This document shows positions 1-10,902 of a stretch of 64,000 nucleotides of DNA, piece after piece. The stretch lies in NCBI GenBank assembly GCA_964016885.1, contig OZ024756.1:15128001-15192000 (forward strand), read 5' to 3'. Below the pieces are notes generated by a model. It did no database searches and was not told where the DNA came from. It saw only the letters and a list, made by a program, of their open reading frames with translations. Within the stretch, counting starts at the first letter, position 1; the number at the start of each line of letters is the position of its first letter. Made by a program: the position numbers and the translations under genes. Origin of the DNA: Eledone cirrhosa. Lineage: Eukaryota.

Positions 1-48
1 CCCTATCGGAGGTGGACGACCCTGAACCACCCTGCGCTTCTAGGGCAA

Positions 49-256
49 TAATAATAATAATAATAATTGTTTCTACGTTAGGCACAAGGCCAGCAATTAC
101 CCAGTGTATTACTGGTACTTTATTTTATCGACCCCGTAAGGATGAAAGGCAAAGTTAACCTCGGCGGGATTTGAACTCAGAATGGCAAGGGCCATAACTC
201 TATGCGTCAAAACATGGCGTCCGACCCTCTACCGATACTGCCAATCCACTGCCTCA
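49..256 (-). mobile_element. SINE-B (tRNA-like head, Deu/Nin-like domain, (AAT)n tail); representative copy
   Basis: Minus strand GGATTGGCAGTATCGGTAGAG...GAGTTCAAATCCCGCC...GCCTTTCATCCTTACGGGGTCGATAAAATAAAGTACCAG; other copies near 9225, 19195, 24005, 34490, 37895, 42760, 45570, 45950, 46900, 50810, 58000. Confidence 0.85.
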
Positions 257-289
257 TAATAATAATAATAATAATGGTTTCTTTATTAA

Positions 290-2200
290 CCACGAGAGTT
301 GACATAAAGTATAACATTAAGGACAGCACAGGATGGTACAAATGGGCATTTCTGCGTGTAAGGAAAAAAACCCAAAGAAAATGACAAAAAAGAAACAAAG
401 GAAAATTCCCCAATAGGGGGAAGACTTCCGAGGGACACTCATGGAGAAATCACAGTGACCCTCTCCCACTTTTCCACCTTCAATTTACAGCCGCATACTC
501 AGAGCAGGCCCATTCACTCGGGCCATGATTGCCTCTCTCACCCATCTTTCAACAAATTGCTGGGAAGAGAGCACTTCCCTCTCCACCTTGATTTTCCTTT
601 GCCAGCACCTTGGCCAAAATCTTGAACTCTGCGTTTATAACAGAGTTATGGGCCTGAAATTATCTATGTTATCCCCCTTGTTGGGGTCCTTTCTCAGCAG
701 CACTACTGCTCCTCAGCTCACAGAGATAGGAATTCTTCTGTTCTGCTGCCGGTTGCAGTAGAAGTCTGCCAAGAGGTCGCCAAACAAGTCTGGCATGTGT
801 ACGTAAAGTTTGTAGGGCAGACCATCCAAACCTGGCGATTTACCCATCATGCAGTCAGTCATGGCTACCCATATTTCAGCAGCTGTTATCGGCTTTATGC
901 AACACTCCGTCATAGTGGCCTAGAGCCATGGCAGTCCATCGAGGTAGGCACCCACCACTGCCCCCGAACAGCTGAACGAAGTGCCGCTGAAAAGCAGCAC
1001 ACATTAGCTCGGGTTTGAGTAACATGCACCCATTGTGGTCCTCCAAAGACCGGATTGTGGCTTTGTTGCCACAATGCACCTCCACCACTTGAGCCCATCG
1101 AATGACTTTCATTCCCTCGTTTTCCAAGAGCACGTGCCCTAGTTCTGACAATGCAGCCATCATGCTTTGCATTGAAGAATTGGTCAAGGACCAATTTCGC
1201 CACAAGCACATTGGTCGCGATGCTTTTACTATGCCCCTCGTCTAATTTTATAACTAGTTCTCCCTCTGCTTTATTTTTCTCTATTGCTAACACCATACTA
1301 AACCTAATGGACTCCATTCTAATCGCCCTTTTCAGGGTGAACCACCATTTGTTGTTGACGATTGCCCCCGTCAGCACCTGCTTAACTAGTTCTCTAATCC
1401 AGTCTCTGTAAGCTATGCGCGCAGTGAAGGACACGTTTAGCTTCCAGGAGCTGGGTCCCTCTCTATGAAGCCTATCTAAGTCGACCACACAGGTCACGAA
1501 TTTGTGGTCTGTGTAGTCGACTATCTTGAATTGTAGACAGCCTATGCTAGAACTATCTATTTCCTTACAAAATACTCTATCTAGATAAGATCTGGATGAC
1601 CTGATGCGGTTTGTCCATGTCCACATTAGCACATTCGAGAAATCCAGTCGGTACCTGTTAGATAGTTGGAAACGTCTGAGCAGGTTTACGAGGCTTTACA
1701 CCCTCCTCTTCTATCTGTTAATCCCACACCATCCCAGCGTGCATCTAAGATCCCGCTCCAGTCGCCCACTAACACTACAGAGCAGGACGTTCCAAGAAGA
1801 GTCTCCAGATGGTGGAAGAAGTCAGGCCGTCATGCCCCTGTTGGGGCATAGACAGCCACTAGCCTGAAAGCTTGCCCTTCTCCATTGGTCACATCCAGCA
1901 CCACTAACTTACCTTCTGGGTCCAAGAAGATGACCCGTATTTCAAGATCCAGACTTCTCTGGAATAACACAGCAACCATCCACCCCCACCCACCCCTGAT
2001 CTGGGACGGCTTGGAGATGTGTACACCTCTTAGCCACCAAAAATGGGTGTGAGTGCTCGGGCCTCAGAGATTCTGGTCTTGCTGAATTACCACCACATCT
2101 GTGTTTAGCAAACTGAGATCATTGTGCAGGTGACCCTACTTCCAAGATAACCGCAGGCCACGTGCATTTATGCTACCTATCCTGAGAGAAGGTGGTGATG
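290..2200 (-). mobile_element. Decayed Tx1/L1-clade LINE (APE endonuclease, start of RT, internal deletion to C-terminus and 3' UTR)
   Basis: IGSINARGL, VGDW, WTWTN..SYLDR, DHK, WKLN (APE motifs); KSPGLDGLP and RPITLL (RT entry); frameshifts and stops; jumps near 590 to KVEREVLSSQQFVERW...MRL*. Confidence 0.85.
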
Positions 2201-2259
2201 GTGTAGGTGGTTTGGGGGGGGGGGGGTGACTGTTTGATGGTGATGACGGTGGGGTCAAT

Positions 2260-2606
2260 ACTAAGGAGAGCACAGGATGGTACAAATGGGCATTTTTGCA
2301 TGTAAAGAAAAAAACAATAATAAAGGGAATAAGAAAAAAGGAAACAAAGGAAAATTTCACAATAGTGGGGAACTTCCAAGGGTCATTCATGGAGAAAGCC
2401 CATTAAAAAAGCCACAGTGACCCTGACCACCAGGGCAAATGCCCTCTCCCAGTTTTTAACCTCCAATCTACAGGCACATACTCAAAGCAGGCCTATTCAC
2501 TCGGGCCATGCTTGCCTCTCTCACCCATCTTTCAAATTTTATTTCTTTATTAACCACAAAGGGTCCACATCAAGAAAAAAGATTATGACAGTACAGGACA
2601 AAAACA

Positions 2607-2703
<97 letters not shown>

Positions 2704-3545
2704 TGTGTCTGTGTGTGTGTGTGTGTGTGTGTGTTCGTGTGTAGCTTTTGCATGTTAGCAAAGTTTAAAAAAGAAGATAATAAAATTAAAACAAAGAAGG
2801 TTCCTCAATATGGAGGAGACGTTCAAGGGTCATTCGTGGAAAAAACTCATAAAACCATGAGTACCCTGAAATCTAGGGCAAGTGCCCTTCCCCAGTTGTT
2901 CTCCTCCAATCTACAGGCTCACACTCAGAGCGAACCCATTCACTTGGGCCATGCTCGCCTCCTTCACTCACCTTTCAACAAATTGTTTTGAATTTGAAGG
3001 CAGCTTCCTTTTCCACCTTAATTTTCCTCCTCAAGTGAAACCTGAAGAAGTTAATCAGCGCTTCACCGAAAACGAAAGTGCTTGTCTTCAAAACTTTCAA
3101 GCAAGTCCACCATATGACATCTTTCGTCATGGCCACAAGACACATAAAAACACACTGCCCTTCCCAACTAAAAAAAAGGAGGCAGGGCAAGCTTCCCAAT
3201 GGACTTAGCTAATAACCGGATTCATCCTACATGCGACAGCCGGTGTTCAACGTAAACTCACAAGTCAGCAAAGCTCAGACACTGGACAATTGCGTGCAGG
3301 ATGGTTTTGTTACCCTGTGTACACCTCAGACAGGCCCAACTGATATTCAAGGGCTGCTCATAGAAAAGAAAAACATAAAACCACGAGTGCCCTGATCTCT
3401 AGGGCAAGGGTGCCCTGTTCCAGTTGTATTCCTCCAATCAACAGGTGCACACTTTCTTTATTACTTACACAGGTTTCACATTAAGAAAACATTAAGGCTG
3501 GCACAAGAAGACACTTACAGATTTAGGTGTTTCTCCTGAAAAAGA
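2260..3545 (-). mobile_element. Cluster of further 3'-end fragments of the same Tx1/L1-like family
   Basis: Segments near 2260-2560, 2760-3030 and 3360-3540 resemble 290-590 (gcacaggatggtacaaatgggcattt; ctcagagcaggcccattcactcgggccatg). Confidence 0.7.
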
Positions 3546-3698
3546 AAGACAGATATATTAGTAGATAGTAAGGGCTGAAGTGATTATAGCAACAACAGTA
3601 GGATGGTGGATAGGCAGAATCGGTAGAGCGTCAAACAACATGCTTTGCGATATAGAGTTATGGCCCTTTACGTCCTGAGTTTCAATGCTGCTGAGGTT

Positions 3699-3995
3699 TT
3701 GTTTCCTTGAGCAAGACACTTTATTTCACATTGCTCCAGTTTACTCAGCTGTAGAAATGAGATGATAGGACTAGGGTCGCTATCATTCCACTGCAAAGTG
3801 GTCGTGGAGGTGCCACGGCAAAAAAGCACCCAGCCCACACTGTAAAGTGGACGTGTAGGTGCCACGGCAAAAAAGCACCCAGCACTCACTGTAAATGAGG
3901 TTGGTGTTAGGAAGGGCATCCAGCTGTAGAAATCAAGCCAGAATCAGTTCCTGTCCCACGCTTGCAAGCAGGGAAAAGCGGACATAAAATGAGGA
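3699..3995 (+). mobile_element. 5'-truncated SINE-A nested in a SINE-B copy (3600-4130)
   Basis: Flanked by TGAGGTT duplication (3692-3698, 3996-4002); SINE-B sequence resumes after it. Confidence 0.85.
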
Positions 3996-4246
3996 TGAGG
4001 TTAACTTTACCTTTCATCCTTACGGGGACAAAAAATAAAGCACCCATAATGCACCGGCATCGATTTAATCAACTTTCCCCCTCTCCCCAAATTGCTGGCC
4101 TTGTGCCTGTAGTAGAAATCATTATTATGAGTGAAGACTTCAATTTTCTATGACCTTTTATATTTCAGATTTTGAAAATATGTTACTTGGAAACATTATG
4201 GAGAATTTCCAGGTAACATATTTTCAAAATGAATTAAATAGTTGAC

Positions 4247-4474
4247 TTAACCCTTTAGCATGTCATTACTCGATATATACAATTGTATTGTCGTGATAAA
4301 GGCTTTATCTTACATAATTATCTCACATAATATCGAATCTATGAGATTTTGATATTATATATTTTGAGAACAATATCTTAACATAAGTATGAGCAGCCAG
4401 TTACAGCCAGTTTGAACAGAAAGAGGTGAGAGAATTCTGGCCAGATATGGCTGGTTTAAATGCTAAAGGGTTAA
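4247..4474 (+). mobile_element. piggyBac-like MITE family 1
   Basis: TTAA-CCCTTTAGCAT ... ATGCTAAAGGG-TTAA; copies at 46439-46662 (reverse), about 53506-53737 and 57696-57921. Confidence 0.85.
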
Positions 4475-4625
4475 GAAGCATTGGTAAAAGTTTGAAATTT
4501 GAATTATGCGTATCCCAACGCAAATAACCATAATAATAATTGAGAAAATCAAGTCACCTCTGTTCCATCTCCAGGTATATTTTACCTGATTTTCTCAACT
4601 ATTGTTTATAGTGATGGACTATGGT

Positions 4626-4793
4626 CAGTGCTGGATTTAGGACAAATGAAGCTCTTGTGCTAGTTAAGTCATGAACCTCAAACATTTGAAAAATTCATTG
4701 CATTAATTTTTTTGTCAAGAACATTCCCCCACCTCTCTTGCAATGGGGCCCTGTGCTTAAGCACACCTAAACACAATGTTAAATCCGACATTG
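4626..4793. mobile_element. hAT-type MITE
   Basis: TIR CAGTGCTGGATTTA / TAAATCCGACATTG with perfect 8-bp TSD ACTATGGT. Confidence 0.85.
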
Positions 4794-4975
4794 ACTATGG
4801 TTATTTGTGTTGTGACAACTATATTTCCAAGTACAAATAAATTTTGATAAAAAAAAGAAGCTATTAAATTTCTAAACTGTAAAACCCTGATTTCTCACAT
4901 AGAAGGCATAAAGCCCCAAATTTTGAGGAAATAGTGAACAGGTAGTTGAAGTGACACACTAAATTGTGTCACTCT

Positions 4976-5321
4976 CATCATCATCATCATCATTTCATTT
5001 TACGTTCGCTTTTCCCTGCTTGCAAGGGTGGGACGGGAACTGATTCTGGCTTGATTTCTACAGCTGGATGCCCTTCCTAACACCAACCTCATTTACAGTG
5101 AGTGCTGGGTGCTTTTTTGCCATGGCACCTCCACGACCACTTTACAGTGGAATGATAGGGACCCCAGTCCCTATCATCTCATTTCTACAGCTGAGTAAAC
5201 TGGAGCAATGTGAAATAAAGTGTCTTGCTCAAGGAAACAACACAACACCCGGTCTGAGAATTGAACTCACAACCTTTCGATTGCAAGGCCAATGCTCTAA
5301 CCACCAAGCCATGTGCCTCCA
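4976..5321 (-). mobile_element. SINE-A full-length copy
   Basis: Near-identical reverse complement of 48462-48793. Confidence 0.9.
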
Positions 5322-5342
5322 TAACATAACATAAGGTAACTT

Positions 5343-7037
5343 TTAACCCCTCTGATACCAAACCTGACCCTTGTTTTATGACACAAAACTGTTTGTTTTA
5401 AAATGTTTGTATTCATCTAAAAACTTCCCTCATAATTTTATGTAAGAACCTTTGTTAAGTTATGTTCCAAACAACCCTCGTTCTGTGATAAAAATAACTG
5501 TTTGTTTAAAAGCGTTTATATTTATCTAAAAACTTTCTACCATAATTTTATGTAACAACCTTTGTTAAGTTATGTTCCAAGCACCCCTGGTTTTACAATA
5601 ACAAACTGTTTGTTAAGTTATGTTCTAAGCAACCCTGGTTCTACAATAACAAACTGTTAAGTTATTTTCAAAGCACCCCTGGTTCTACAATAACAAACTG
5701 TTTGTTAAGTTATGTTCCAAGCACCCCTTGTTCTATCTAAAAACCTTCTACCATAATTCATGTAATAACATTTGCTGGTATGTTCCAAAGACCAGCTTAA
5801 TCACAAGAAAGTTATATTACTAAACATCTCCAAATTTTTTATTATTTACAAAATTAGTTTCTTTCATGAGAAATATGGTAATGAAAGGGTTAATGACATA
5901 TGCAGTGTCTTTCATTAGAAATATGGTAATGAAAGGGCTAACGACATAGACAATGTCTTTCATTAGAAATATGGTAATGGAAGGGTTAATGACATAGGTA
6001 GTGTCTTTCATTAGAAATACGGTAATAGAAGGGTTAATGACATAGGCAGTGTCTTTCATTAGAAATATGGTAATGAAAGGGTTAATGACATAGACAGTGT
6101 CTTTCATTAGAAATATGGTAATAAAAGGGTTAATGACATAGGTAGTGTCTTTCATTAGAAATATGGTAATGAAAGGGTTAACAACATAGACAGTGTCTTT
6201 CATTAGAAATATGGTAATGAAAGGGTTAATGACATAGGCAGTGTCTTTCATTAGAAATATGGTAATGAAAGGGTTAGACATAGACAGTGTCTTTCATTAG
6301 AAATATGGTAATGAAAGGGTTAATGACATAGGCAGTGTCTTTCATTAGAAATATGGTAATGAAAGGGTTAAAGACATAGACAGTGTCTTTCATTAGAAAT
6401 ATGGTAATGAAAGGGTTAACAACATAGACAGTGTCTTTCATTAGAAATATGGTAATGAAAGGGTTAATGACATAGGCAGTGTCTTTCATTAGAAATATGG
6501 TAATGAAAGGGTTAACAACATAGACAGTGTCTTTCATTAGAAATATGGTAATGAAAGGGTTAATGACATAGGCAGTGTCTTTCATTAGAAATATGGTAAT
6601 GAAAGGGTTAACAACATAGACAGTGTCTTTCATTAGAAATATGGTAATGAAAGGGTTAACAACATAGACAGTGTCTTTCATTAGAAATATGGTAATGAAA
6701 GGGTTAATGACATAGGCAGTGTCATCCATTAGAAATATGGTAATGAACGGGTTAAAGACATAGGCAGTGTCTTTCATTAGAAATATGGTAATGAAAGGGT
6801 TAATGACATAGGCAGTATCTTTCATTAGAAATATGGTAATGAAAGGGTTAAAGACATAGACAGTGTCTTTCATTAGAAATATGGTAATGAAAGGGTTAAC
6901 AACATAGACAGTGTCTTTCATTAGAAATATGGTAATGAAAGGGTTAATGACATAGGCAGTGTCATCCATTAGAAATATGGTAATGAACGGGTTAAAGACA
7001 GTCTCTTTTATTAGAAATATGGTAATGAAAGAGTTAA
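5343..7037 (+). mobile_element. piggyBac-like MITE family 2 with 3' terminus amplified as a 48-bp minisatellite (about 5860-7037)
   Basis: Starts TTAACCCCTCTGATACCA; each unit ends TGGTAATGAAAGGGTTAA; single-terminus relatives near 34370-34828 and 35110-35323. Confidence 0.75.
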
Positions 7038-7059
7038 TGCAAATGAAATATTTTCCTAC

Positions 7060-7136
7060 CTGGGTTGTCCGGATTTATTATAGTTGTTTGCTGTCCATTC
7101 ATTTGAATGACCAATTTTGCTTGACGGTCCACCTCC
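7060..7136 (-). CDS. KIF28P: Kinesin-3 motor domain exon 3 (gene continues past left edge)
   Basis: ctgcAG / GTAGG; 77 nt, phase 2 to 1; (R)EVDRQAKLVIQMNGQQTTIINPDNP matches the kinesin-3 'RE....K.II.M.G..T.I.NP' pattern; no next exon found in 1-7059. Confidence 0.9.
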
Positions 7137-7372
7137 CTGCAGTGATCAACACAAGAAAACAAGTGATTATCATTTGATAAAATATTTTTGGATGATTTTC
7201 TCTTTTTTAAATGTAGAGTCATGAGGATTGATTAGTTCCTGCTTACAAACATGTCATTGAGATAGCTGTGACATGATCACGGCTTAAAATATTCATAGCA
7301 AGACTATTAATTAATTTTTATATAGCATATATGATGTACATACATGTTACATGACTTGTGTATGTATTACTG

Positions 7373-7463
<91 letters not shown>

Positions 7464-7474
7464 TATATATGACT

Positions 7475-9100
7475 AATAACATAGACAGTGGCTTTCATTA
7501 GAAATATGGTAATGAAAGGGTTAATGACATAGGTAGTGTCTTTCATTAGAAATATGGTAATGAAAGGGTTAATGACATAGGCAGTATCTTTCATTAGAAA
7601 TGTGGTAAAGAAAGGGTTAATGACATAGACAGTGTCTTTCATTAGAAATATGGTAATGAAAGGGTTAATGACATAGGCAGTGTCTTTCATTAGAAATATG
7701 GTAATGAAAGGGTTAATGACATAGGCAGTATCTTTCATTAGAAATGTGGTAAAGAAAGGGTTAATGACATAGACAGTGTCTTTCATTAGAAATAAAGTAA
7801 TGGAAGGGTTAATGACATAGACAGTGTCTTTCATTAGAAATATGGTAATGAAAGGGTTAAAGACATAGACAGTGTCTTTCATTAGAAATATGGTAATGAA
7901 AGGGTTAAAGACATAGACAGTATCTTTCATTAGAAATATGGTAATGAAAGGGTTAATGACATAGACAGTGTCTTTCATTAGAAATATGGTAATGAAAGGG
8001 TTAATGACAGACAGTGTCTTTCATTAGAAATATGGTGATGAAAGGGTTAATGACATAGACAGTGTATTTCATTAGAAATATGGTAATGAAAGGGTTAATG
8101 ACATAGGCAGTATCTTTCATTAGAAATGTGGTAAAGAAAGGGTTAATGACATAGACAGTGTCTTTCATTAGAAATAAAGTAATGGAAGGGTTAATGACAT
8201 AGACAGTGTCTTTCATTAGAAATATGGTAATGAAAGGGTTAAAGACATAGACAGTGTCTTTCATTAGAAATATGGTAATGAAAGGGTTAAAGACATAGAC
8301 AGTATCTTTCATTAGAAATATGGTAATGAAAGGGTTAATGACATAGACAGTGTCTTTCATTAGAAATATGGTAATGAAAGGGTTAATGACAGACAGTGTC
8401 TTTCATTAGAAATATGGTGATGAAAGGGTTAATGACATAGACAGTGTATTTCATTAGAAATATGGTAATGAAAGGGTTAAAGACATAGACAGTGTCTTTC
8501 ATTAGAAATATGGTACTGAAAGGGTTAATGACATAGACAGTGTCTTCCATTAGAAATATGGTAATGAAAGGGTTAATGACAGACAGTGTCTTTCATTAGA
8601 AATATGGTGATGAAAGGGTTAATGACATAGACAGTGTATTTCATTAGAAATATGGTAATGAAAGGGTTAATGACATAGACAGTGTCTTTCATTAGAAACA
8701 TGGTAATGAAAGGGTTAATGACATAGACAGTGTCTTCCATTAGAAATATGGTAATGAAAGGGTTAATGACAGACAGTGTCTTTCATTAGAAATATGGTGA
8801 TGAAAGGGTTAATGACATAGACAGTGTATTTCATTAGAAATATGGTAATGAAAGGGTTAAAGACATAGACAGTGTCTTTCATTAGAAATATGGTACTGAA
8901 AGGGTTAAAGACATAGACAGTGTCTTTCATTAGAAATATGGTACTGAAAGGGTTAAAGACATAGACAGTGTCTTTCATTAGAAATATGGTACTGAAAGGG
9001 TTAAAGACATAGACAGTGTCTTTCATTAGAAATATGGTACTGAAAGGGTTAAAGACATAGGCAGTGTCTTTCATTAGAAATACAGTGATGAAAGGGTTAA
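7475..9100 (+). repeat. 48-bp minisatellite array 2
   Basis: tgacatagacagtgtctttcattagaaatatggtaatgaaagggttaa, about 34 units. Confidence 0.95.
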
Positions 9101-9164
9101 TAGTCTGGCGTTAAAACCATTTGGTTTAATTACAACATGGAATAGTGAAGTTGATGTAACTTAC

Positions 9165-9203
9165 CGCTGGTTGAAAGGCCGGACACGTACTGCTACTTTC
9201 ACA
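9165..9203 (-). CDS. KIF28P: Kinesin-3 motor domain exon 2
   Basis: ttacAG / GTAAGT; 39 nt, phase 2-2; (S)VKVAVRVRPFNQ(R), the canonical kinesin motor N-terminal motif. Confidence 0.92.
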
Positions 9204-9224
9204 CTGTAACAGAAGACATTTCAT

Positions 9225-9640
9225 AATAATAATAATTGTTTCTACTCTTTGCACAAGGTCAGCAATTATCCCAGTGTATTACTGGTACTTTATTTTATCG
9301 ACCCCCCCCCCCCCCCCCCGTAAGCATGAAAGGCAATGTTAACTTCGGCGGGATTTGAACTCAGATCATAAAGGGCCGTAACTCTGTGTGGTAAAACATG
9401 GCGTCCAACACAATACTGCCAATCCACCAATGATAATGGTTTCTGATTTAGGCACACACAGTTCAACAAACTTTTGGGGGAAGGGGAAAATCGATGAAAT
9501 CAACCCCAGTACTTGACTGGTACTTTATTTATCAACCTTGAAATGATGATGAAAGGCAAAGTTGAACTAAATCAGGCTTGAACTGAGGTGGAGAGGGGGG
9601 GGGGGGGGGGGGCAGGATTAAATACTGTAAAAGCATTCTA
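9225..9640 (-). mobile_element. Two tandem SINE-B copies
   Basis: Shared actggtactttattttatcgaccc...gaaaggcaaagtt...ttgaactcag motifs. Confidence 0.8.
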
Positions 9641-10420
9641 CACCATCATCATCATCATCATAATAGTAAATATAGCACCACCATCAACATTACCACAACC
9701 AGCACCACCGACATCATCATCATAACCACTGCCACCACCACCACCACCACCACTACAATCATCATCATCATCATTACCACCACCATTACCATCGCCGCTA
9801 TCAATACCATCATCATCATTCTTATTACCACCACCACCACCACCACCACCATCACCACCATCATTCTTATTACCACCACCACCACCATCACCACCACCAT
9901 CAATACCATCACCATCATTCTTATTACCACCACCACCACCATCACCACCATCACCACCATCACCACCATCACCACCATCACCACCATCACCATCATTCTT
10001 ATTACCACCACCACCACCATCACCACCATCACCATCATTCTTATTACCACCACCACCATCACCATCAATACCATCACTATCAATACCATCATCATCATTC
10101 TTATTACCACCACCATCACCATCACCACCATCACCATCATTCTTATTACCACCACCACCACCACCACCACCACCATCACCATCAATACCATCATCATCAT
10201 TCTTATTACCACCACCACCATCACCATCACCATCAATACCATCATCATCATTCTTATTACCACCACCACCACCACCATCAATACCATCACCATCAATACC
10301 ATCATCATCATTCTTATTACCACCACCACCACCACCACCATCACCACCATCATCATCATTCTTATTACCACCACCACCACCACCACCATCACCATCATTC
10401 TTATTACCACCACCACCACC
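9640..10420. repeat. ACC/ATC trinucleotide-based complex repeat
   Basis: (ACC)n and (ATC)n punctuated by attcttatt; ends in a SINE-A/RTE tail at 10421-10470. Confidence 0.9.
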
Positions 10421-10501
10421 ACCCTTGCAAGCAGGGAAAAGTGGACGTAAAATGAAATGATGATGATGATGATATATACATACATATATATATATATGTA
10501 C

Positions 10502-10591
<90 letters not shown>

Positions 10592-10902
10592 GTGTACACA
10601 ACCGATGGAGCCAGTGAACATTAAACAAAACTATCTCTGCTTTGATAAGCAAAGCAAATTATCGCCATAAATATATTGTAGTATTATTTTATCATGTATC
10701 TTTGTGTATACAGACGTAGATACCAAAGTTCAGCACACATTTATCTATACATCTGTCAACTTCCAGATACACCAGATGTCCATACCAGCAAATCCCTTCT
10801 GTGTTGCACATTACATTCGATTCCTCTTACACCTAGTTTTTCTCTGTTCTCTTATGCAAACCAATATTACCATATCCGTTGGACTATTGTAGCATACTCA
10901 CA

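Noticed and set aside
5820-9074. Long ORFs (MKDTAYVINPFITIFL)n, also at 52622-53464
   Set aside because: Artefact of a 48-bp unit divisible by 3; arrays are intronic, MITE-derived and frameshifted
9638-10621. Gly/Asp-rich 327-aa ORF
   Set aside because: Trinucleotide repeat inside a kinesin intron, running through (TA)n and a SINE tail
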